The notes under the pieces are model-generated. The model ran no database searches and was not told where the DNA came from. It was given only the letters and a program-made list of their open reading frames with translations. From positions 1-11,929 of the forward strand of contig JAEORO010000206.1 of assembly GCA_016840855.1 (NCBI GenBank): a DNA stretch of 11,929 bases, in the 5' to 3' direction. Both the position numbers and the translations under genes were made by a program. Shown here piece by piece: positions 1-6,700 of the stretch; within the stretch, counting starts at the first letter, position 1, and each line of letters opens with the position of its first letter. The stretch is from Candidatus Thorarchaeota archaeon. Lineage in GTDB: Archaea; Asgardarchaeota; Thorarchaeia; Thorarchaeales; Thorarchaeaceae.

Positions 1-1
1 C

Positions 2-481
2 AACCATTTAGCTCAGTTAGACCAAGCAGATGCAAGAGTTGCGACCATATTGCAAAATCGAATGTATCACCTTGCTGTGCTTGCTCAGATTATGAAGTCA
101 CTTACAGTTCTAGCAGGGGGATTTGTATCACTTACATATCTTGGATGGTACGACCCGATTCCGTGGCTATTTCCAGTCCCACTAATTCCAGTATTATTCA
201 TATGCGGTTTTACAGATCTCCTTGCTAGCTACGGTTTCTATACAGGACAAGACTGGGGATTCCACATCACTGTAGCAATGGTGCCTGTTTCATTCATTGA
301 AACATTGCTAACTCTCAATAGTCTGGTCTTTCTCCTCGGGGTATGGACTCTCACAATCCTGATCCCATGCTTGGCAAAAGATGGGTTCTATGCGAAACTC
401 TTCAATCGATTAAGAACAAGTACAGATGGTCATACCCAAGAAGTAATTAAAACTCAAAAAGCGACATCAGTCAGTGATTAA
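2..481 (+). CDS. 5'-truncated integral membrane protein (about 4 TM segments), function unknown
   Basis: The frame is open from position 2 (NHLAQLDQADARVATILQNRMY...), so the gene probably starts left of the window rather than at TTG 50. It has several hydrophobic segments and stops at TAA 479-481, 2 nt before the next gene. Confidence 0.75.
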   Translation, partial: NHLAQLDQADARVATILQNRMYHLAVLAQIMKSLTVLAGGFVSLTYLGWYDPIPWLFPVPLIPVLFICGFTDLLASYGFYTGQDWGFHITVAMVPVSFIETLLTLNSLVFLLGVWTLTILIPCLAKDGFYAKLFNRLRTSTDGHTQEVIKTQKATSVSD

Positions 482-483
482 GA

Positions 484-939
484 TTGAGTCTAGTGTCAGA
501 AATAAGGAGCTGGTTATGGATTCCAGCTGTCTGGGCAATTGTTTACTCTTTGATGCTCATTATGGGAACTATTGTTGGAACAATGCTCAATCCAATGTAT
601 TACTGGTGGGTCATGTTGGTTGGAGTACCACTGATAATAACGCCAGTCACTTTCAAGAGCTTGGTTGGAGGCGGATGCAGTCTACGCTTTCAAATCTGTG
701 CACTCGTGAAAGGTATGTTTGCAGGTGTGGTTTTCCTTATGTTGACTATAATTACAGACTCTCTCTTATGGCCAAATCTTGCCTCTGTCATCGGCTGGAG
801 CCCGATTTCGTTGGGCGTTTCTCAATTGTTCTATCAGATTTGGTTCGTCAGCGGAATCATTGGAGGAATCGGTGCGAGAGTTGTTGAAGTCAGGAGTTAT
901 ACAACCAGTTCAGAGATTACAATTGTAGGGTTTGAGTGA
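484..939 (+). CDS. Hypothetical membrane protein, about 4 TM helices
   Basis: 151-aa ORF with TTG start directly after the upstream stop. Four hydrophobic stretches and Gly-rich helix motifs (SGIIGGIG). Confidence 0.8.
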   Translation: MSLVSEIRSWLWIPAVWAIVYSLMLIMGTIVGTMLNPMYYWWVMLVGVPLIITPVTFKSLVGGGCSLRFQICALVKGMFAGVVFLMLTIITDSLLWPNLASVIGWSPISLGVSQLFYQIWFVSGIIGGIGARVVEVRSYTTSSEITIVGFE

Positions 940-996
940 TACTCAAAAAGTACTTGATAAAAGGGAACTATCTTTTTCTCGTTGAGAGGAAATCAC

Positions 997-2178
997 TTGA
1001 CCACAGCCACTACGGAACAGCTCCTTTGGAATCAACTCAGGAAACAATCTCTTCTAGATGAGAAACCATCCAACTTTTTCCAAGTAATCAAAGAACAACT
1101 GGGTCTTCACTCAACCGATTATTGGACACCATACCTGTCAGTGTGGTCAAGAATTGGGGATTATGACTCAAAAGAGATGTTTGAATCGATTAACAGCGGA
1201 AGGGACATTATTCGAACTCATGCATTTAGGACAACTGTCCATGTTATTCATGTTGACAATCTATCATTGATTCTTAGTGCGACTGGACCTTCATTGTTCA
1301 GGGCTTATCGAAATGACAAATATAGAAAGATAGACCAGCTGAGTGATAAAGAGATTGAAAACATGCTTAATCAAGTGAAAGCAGCCTTGGAAGAAGGACC
1401 ACTCAGGACATCAGAACTAAAGAAAAAGGTACCAAAAGTTGGAGCTCATGTTCGGTCAGCCCTTCTGATGCTAATGGCACGAGGAGAAGTAGTTCGCGCG
1501 AAAGCAAACCATGCAAGGAACAATCTTACATCGTACGCATTGTTAGAGAAATGGGTTGATGGATTCAAGCTAAAGAGAATTGAGGAGAAAGAGGCGATTA
1601 CTCAACTGATAAGATGTCATATTGATCGGTTTGGCCCAGCGTCAATTGATGATATTGCATGGTGGTTAAGGCAAACTAAGACGGTTGTTACTAATGCGAT
1701 CCAGAGTTTTGGTGATGATGTCATTAGTATTTACGAGGGATCCATTGAGAAATTCATTCTGCAGGAAGATTTGGAAACTGCATCATCACTTTCAGTTCCA
1801 ACCGAAGATCTTGTTTGGTTCATCCCATATGAAGATCACTTTCTGAAAGCATTTATTGACCGAACTGGCGTTATTTCAGAGCATATTCAGTCAAAACTAT
1901 TTCCAGCTGATAAAAAACACTATTGGCCGTCCAATCCTGAAGAGCCTCGAAAGATGCCAAGTAAGGGAATAAGGGCAACAGGAGAAGCAAGACCATCAAT
2001 CTGGTTGAATGGTCAAGTTGTTGGAAGATGGGAATTAGATGACGATGAAGACTTGATGAAAGTCGTTACGAGTTTGTATTCAAAGATAACAAAATCGCAG
2101 GAAAGTAAGATTGAACAGGTCAGAATGCAGCTAGAGGAGTTCATCAATGGTTCAATGCTACCAATTTCAAGGGTATAG
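997..2178 (+). CDS. HTH_42 / AlkZ-YcaQ family winged-helix protein, putative DNA crosslink/alkylation glycosylase
   Basis: Family-like motifs: GLHSTD..TPYLSVWSR, RTHAFRTTVHV, RFGPASIDDIAWW, FIPYED, PSIWLNGQVVGRW. TTG at 997 follows GAGGA (986-990); the ORF track start at 982 is the alternative. Confidence 0.85.
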   Translation: MTTATTEQLLWNQLRKQSLLDEKPSNFFQVIKEQLGLHSTDYWTPYLSVWSRIGDYDSKEMFESINSGRDIIRTHAFRTTVHVIHVDNLSLILSATGPSLFRAYRNDKYRKIDQLSDKEIENMLNQVKAALEEGPLRTSELKKKVPKVGAHVRSALLMLMARGEVVRAKANHARNNLTSYALLEKWVDGFKLKRIEEKEAITQLIRCHIDRFGPASIDDIAWWLRQTKTVVTNAIQSFGDDVISIYEGSIEKFILQEDLETASSLSVPTEDLVWFIPYEDHFLKAFIDRTGVISEHIQSKLFPADKKHYWPSNPEEPRKMPSKGIRATGEARPSIWLNGQVVGRWELDDDEDLMKVVTSLYSKITKSQESKIEQVRMQLEEFINGSMLPISRV

Positions 2179-2243
2179 AGAATAGACAGGCATAAATAGT
2201 AAAATTCCAATGCTAAATACCCAACCATCTGGAGTTGAATCAA

Positions 2244-2456
2244 ATGGGAAAGGGATTAGCGTTACTCGGACTTATCCTAATCATAATCGGCATATTGCCT
2301 TTACTTATGCCAATGATTGGACTTGGAACATATGCTGCATATTTTGATCTTGGGATATACACCCTCGTCATATCAGCGGACATCTACTTTACTGAACTCA
2401 TGCTCATTCTACTTGGTCTGGGCGTAGTACTCCTAATCGTCGGAGCAGTAAAGTAA
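2244..2456 (+). CDS. Small 2-TM membrane protein
   Basis: Two strongly hydrophobic segments. ATG 2244 lies 9 nt after GGAG (2231-2234); alternative start TTG 2235. Confidence 0.75.
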   Translation: MGKGLALLGLILIIIGILPLLMPMIGLGTYAAYFDLGIYTLVISADIYFTELMLILLGLGVVLLIVGAVK

Positions 2457-2485
2457 GCGTGTCAAAACAAAGAATAGGAAAGCGT

Positions 2486-2505
2486 GGGGAGAAATGAATC
2501 TCCCC
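2486..2505. terminator. Stem-loop between convergent genes, putative terminator
   Basis: GGGGAGA-aatgaa-TCTCCCC, a 7-bp stem. On the minus strand it is followed by the T-rich tract CTTTCCTATTCTTTGTTTTG downstream of mscL. Confidence 0.6.
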
Positions 2506-2531
2506 TCGTAACCTGTAATCTAGAGCGCGTT

Positions 2532-2891
2532 TTATTTGATTCCAATACGTGCAGCAATCTTCACAATCAAGAAGACCACAAATGCCACGATTATGAATGT
2601 GATTATACTATCCATAATGGGACCAAATGATAGGATATACAATTCGCCTGTGGGATCAATGGGCGGATATACTATTTTTACGAGTGGCATAATGAGACTG
2701 CTCACAAGTGCCTGTACAATCACTCCGATATAGATACCCAAAATGAACGCAACAGCGAGTCCAAGTACCTTGTAGTTTGATATGAAAGCAACAAACTCAT
2801 TGATGAGCCCCTTTGGAGGTTCAGGTGCAGGTGCTGGTGTGAGTAGCTTCCGAATCTCTCTAAGTTCTTCTAACATTTCATCGTTTGACAT
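2532..2891 (-). CDS. mscL: Large-conductance mechanosensitive channel MscL
   Basis: LINEFVAFISNYKVLGLAVAFILG matches the S1 helix and TM1 start. LVSSLIMPLV and FGPIMDSIITFIIVAFVVFLIVK match the TM1 end and TM2. RBS GGGGTGA lies 4 nt upstream of the ATG. Confidence 0.9.
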   Translation of the reverse strand: MSNDEMLEELREIRKLLTPAPAPEPPKGLINEFVAFISNYKVLGLAVAFILGIYIGVIVQALVSSLIMPLVKIVYPPIDPTGELYILSFGPIMDSIITFIIVAFVVFLIVKIAARIGIK

Positions 2892-2949
2892 TTAGTCACC
2901 CCAAATGGTTGTACCAAAAGAGAAATGGCAGCTTGGTTATGACTTTTTC

Positions 2950-2957
2950 TAAATATA
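2950..2957. promoter_or_regulatory. Candidate TATA box in the divergent mscL / methyltransferase intergenic region
   Basis: TAAATATA on + (TATATTTA on -), about 36 nt upstream of ATG 2994. Sequence resemblance only. Confidence 0.3.
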
Positions 2958-2993
2958 CGTAGATTGATATATTGGAATGAGGCGGCCTAAACG

Positions 2994-3596
2994 ATGAGCT
3001 TCTGGTTTGTACTTTCAATGATAGGTCTAATCCTTGTCGTCCCAGTTCATTTCCTATCAGTTGAACATTCTAGATTGGACCGGAAATATGGAGAGGCGAA
3101 GGGATTCAAGATTGGAGCTGGGCTTGGGATGATCTCGGGATGGGGATTCTTCCTATTTTTGATTGGCCTTTGGATCTCTCCCCAGGATAGATTCTTGATA
3201 GAAATCTCAGATATCAACGTCATTGGCGTACCACTTTTTCACCTCCTATTAGCTATTGGGTTTCTTCTACCTGGAGCTTGGCTTGGTATCAAAGGAGTGA
3301 CTGAGATGGGCCTTAAAACTGCGGAAACACATAGAGCTGAAAGGGTGATTTCCACTGGCGTCTATTCAAGAATTAGACATCCACAATATCTAGGGTCTAT
3401 TCTAGCTCATATTGGTGCATCATTTCTTTTTTCAGCTTATTACGCGATTCTAACAACTCCACTTGTCGTTTTAATCAATTACATCCTTTGTTGGAAGGAG
3501 GAACAAGAGTTGATTAGAGAGTTCGGTGAGGAGTATCAGCACTATCGGGATAATGTGCCAATGTTTGTGCCCAGACTCGGAAGCAAGTTAGACTAG
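2994..3596 (+). CDS. Isoprenylcysteine carboxyl methyltransferase (ICMT/PEMT, Ste14-like) family membrane methyltransferase
   Basis: Signature motifs TGVYSRIRHPQYLG and EEQELIREFGEEYQHYRDNVPMFVP, plus multiple TM segments. Confidence 0.9.
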   Translation: MSFWFVLSMIGLILVVPVHFLSVEHSRLDRKYGEAKGFKIGAGLGMISGWGFFLFLIGLWISPQDRFLIEISDINVIGVPLFHLLLAIGFLLPGAWLGIKGVTEMGLKTAETHRAERVISTGVYSRIRHPQYLGSILAHIGASFLFSAYYAILTTPLVVLINYILCWKEEQELIREFGEEYQHYRDNVPMFVPRLGSKLD

Positions 3597-3794
3597 AATC
3601 AATAATTCAATTGAAATGAGGTTTGTCTGATTTTTTCATCAATCCTTTCAATTAATCGAACATAGGCCAAACAAGGAATAGTAATAACCTAAAATTATGA
3701 GCTTTCTGAGTTGAGTGGGCTCCACATATTCAATATCGGATAAATTAGCCAAAAAGCCGATTGAATTCCAAGCTTAGTATTCGAGGTGACCGAG

Positions 3795-6700
3795 ATGCAT
3801 GCCAAAAGATATGCCATTCTTACATTGATTGCATTTTCACTGATTTTGACACAACTGGCATTATCAACTCAGGAAAGCAATGAAGATGTTATCAATGAGG
3901 TTTCTAGTGGTACGGGAAAAAGCCCTGTGTTCAGAAACATCAACGAGGTGAATGATGGGAGATTCACAATCTCACAAGTTAATCATGCGGGAGTCATAAA
4001 TCCAGTATCAATACTGCAATCGGGGTATCAGACAACTGAATTGAAACGTGGAAGAACTGATACAGGGGGAAATACAGCAGGAAATATCACAATTGATGAG
4101 GCAAATGGGTGGTTCGTGAATAGCACAGGAATTGAGGTCACTGGCCTTAAGCGCTTATATGGACTAAACGGAACATTTGATGATGGGACAGATCCATGGA
4201 TACCGTACACAATTGATGGAGGAGCTAACACACAAATCAATTCCTATAATTCTACTGGGGGATTCATTGTGTGCAGAAATATGGGCAATTACAATCCATC
4301 AGGGGGAGGATACTATACTCATAGTGAACTGTCCGAGGCAGGATGGGAACAAGTAGTCACCAACACGCCAGAGTCATTAACTTTCAAGATGGAGTTTAAT
4401 TTCCGCTATGTAACGGGGCCCCTTGATCCAGAAGGTGATGATTCATTTGCTGGAGATGTTGGCGTTTTTTGGCAATTAGGATCTGAGGGTTATTACTATC
4501 CTATGCAGGAGTTTGATTCTAGAGAAACATGGTATTCTGTTAGTCATGTCTTTACAGTTAGTCCTGGATTGAGCACTTTCTCAATATATGTTGGTCTTTA
4601 CATTGGTGGCGGTAACGTCAGAGTGTACATAAATAATGACTATGACGATGATGGTGTTGGTGATGGTATAGAAAATGCACAGAATGTAACAGTGTATATC
4701 GATAATGTTGAGTTCACAAGTACAACGTCCCCTGACTTTGAAGATGTTGGCTTATCTTATCATGCGGGTGCGCTATCAGCTCCCATCTTGGGAACAGAAA
4801 CCGGAACAGCTACAATCACTAATCCAGATTTTTGGAACACATCACCTCTCGAATATCAAATTACAGCCAGTGCAAATGTCCTTTTCACATATTCAGTTAC
4901 TTCATTATTTCAACGTTACATCAATTCGTCATGGACAACAAGCCTTAGCAGCAATGGGGTTTCATACTCAATATCATCTGGGATGAGTTCGGATCTCACG
5001 TTCTATACATATATTACACAACCAAGCGGCTACTATGACTCCACGTTTGACATTTTGTTTCCAAGAGATTGGGAAAATACCACTGTCTGGGACCCCCTAA
5101 TGAATAATATAACAAGTTACTGTGATGTACAGCCAGGAAAGCTCCATATTCCAACTAGCGAGTTAAGTCGTAGTGGATGGTGGGAGATTAATCTCAATGG
5201 TTTAAACTATGCAAAGAACATTTCAGTTCAGGTATTTGATCAAGACTTAGGTCAATGGTCAGAAAATTCTCTTTTCCGACCGGGCAATGAAACGAGAATA
5301 GAAGTAGAGATAGGAACACCCAGTATAACGCCAGTAGGTAGCGACCCTGTTAATATAACATGGTTCCTGCCAAATGAAGACATCTGGACAATGGATTCAA
5401 TTACAACAATGACAGGTGGTGCTGTGACCAGTTCTAGATGGACATTTGGTTCAACCAACACTACTGCTGGAGAATGGTTAATCGATATACTCTGGACAAA
5501 TGGAACCGAAATAGCCTACCAATCAGTATCTTTCGACCTTTATCATTCAGCTTCTATTACTGCAACATACCCAATTATTGAATCAGACTATGGTCAGACT
5601 ATATCAAATCTTATCACACTCAAGGACGCCGATACGAACGAATTCCTCTTGGATGATAGTGTAACCATTGAGGCTAACTGGTCAAGCTCAATCATTGAAT
5701 TCACACAAAATTATGCAAAGAAATGGTGGGAAGCTGATTTTGATACATCATTAATTGGTGGAGGTGAATTCACTGTACTGGTTACTGCTTCAAGACCATA
5801 TTTTGATACAATTATAACTCAATTTACTGTAATCTCACTCTACAGGACAACCCTTGAAATCGTGAACACTGGATCAATCCCTATTGAGAATGGACTCAAT
5901 GAGGTTTTTACAGCTCAAATTGATTATGAGTTCCTTAATGGGACAGGTATTATCGGAGCATTGCCAATAATCACATTTTCGGGTCCAGTAGGCGGACTTT
6001 CGTGGACCAATTTCATTGACAATGACAATGGACACTATTCTGTGGACATAATTTGTGATATAGCCACAACCTACGGTGTCACAATCACTCTATCTAAACC
6101 ATATCATTACAACTCCTCAGACTCCTTTACACTCATCATAAGTGAAACTGGAACAGAGCTTGAATCTCTGAATGGCACTGCAGATGTTGTTAGATTTGGT
6201 GATAGCTATAGACTTGTGGTCGAATATCGAAACAGCACTGGCCAGGGACTATCTGGTGCAGATTTAGAGATTGTATCTATAACCCCTCAAACTGGACTAA
6301 TCAATGGAACATTCATTCCGATAACTAGTGGGTATTACGAGATTACTTTGACGCCAACCACTACGGGTACATATTCAATAGTAATCAGTGCGAGTCTCTT
6401 CAATCATGAAACTCAATATATCACCTTCACCCTAACAGGCGTGGTCATTCCGACGATTCTAACATCCATTCCATCAAGTGCTACAGTCGCGGTTAATCAG
6501 AGTTTCACTCTTCAGCTATTATTCCAAGATGAGAATCTAAATCCGATTGATTTAGCAACTATCACTGATATAGACCCACCAAGTGGAATTCTGATTTCAG
6601 GAGCTATACCGATTGGAAGTGGATTATATAATATTACTCTAAAGTCATCAGATATTGCTACCTACAACCTACTCTTTAGAGCTTCAGCTGTTAATTATCA

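Noticed and set aside
9-18. TAGCTCAGTT resembles a tRNA D-arm
   Set aside because: There is no acceptor stem or GTTCRA T-loop at the right spacing, and it lies in an open coding frame.
474-887. 137-aa alternative-frame ORF
   Set aside because: It overlaps the more plausible membrane protein 484-939 and has an atypical Cys/Arg-rich composition.
2013-2733. ORFs 2013-2243 (-) and 2536-2733 (+)
   Set aside because: Antisense shadows of the AlkZ-like gene and mscL.
3606-3615. TTCAATTGAA palindrome
   Set aside because: Short and AT-rich in an AT-rich spacer, so it is expected by chance.
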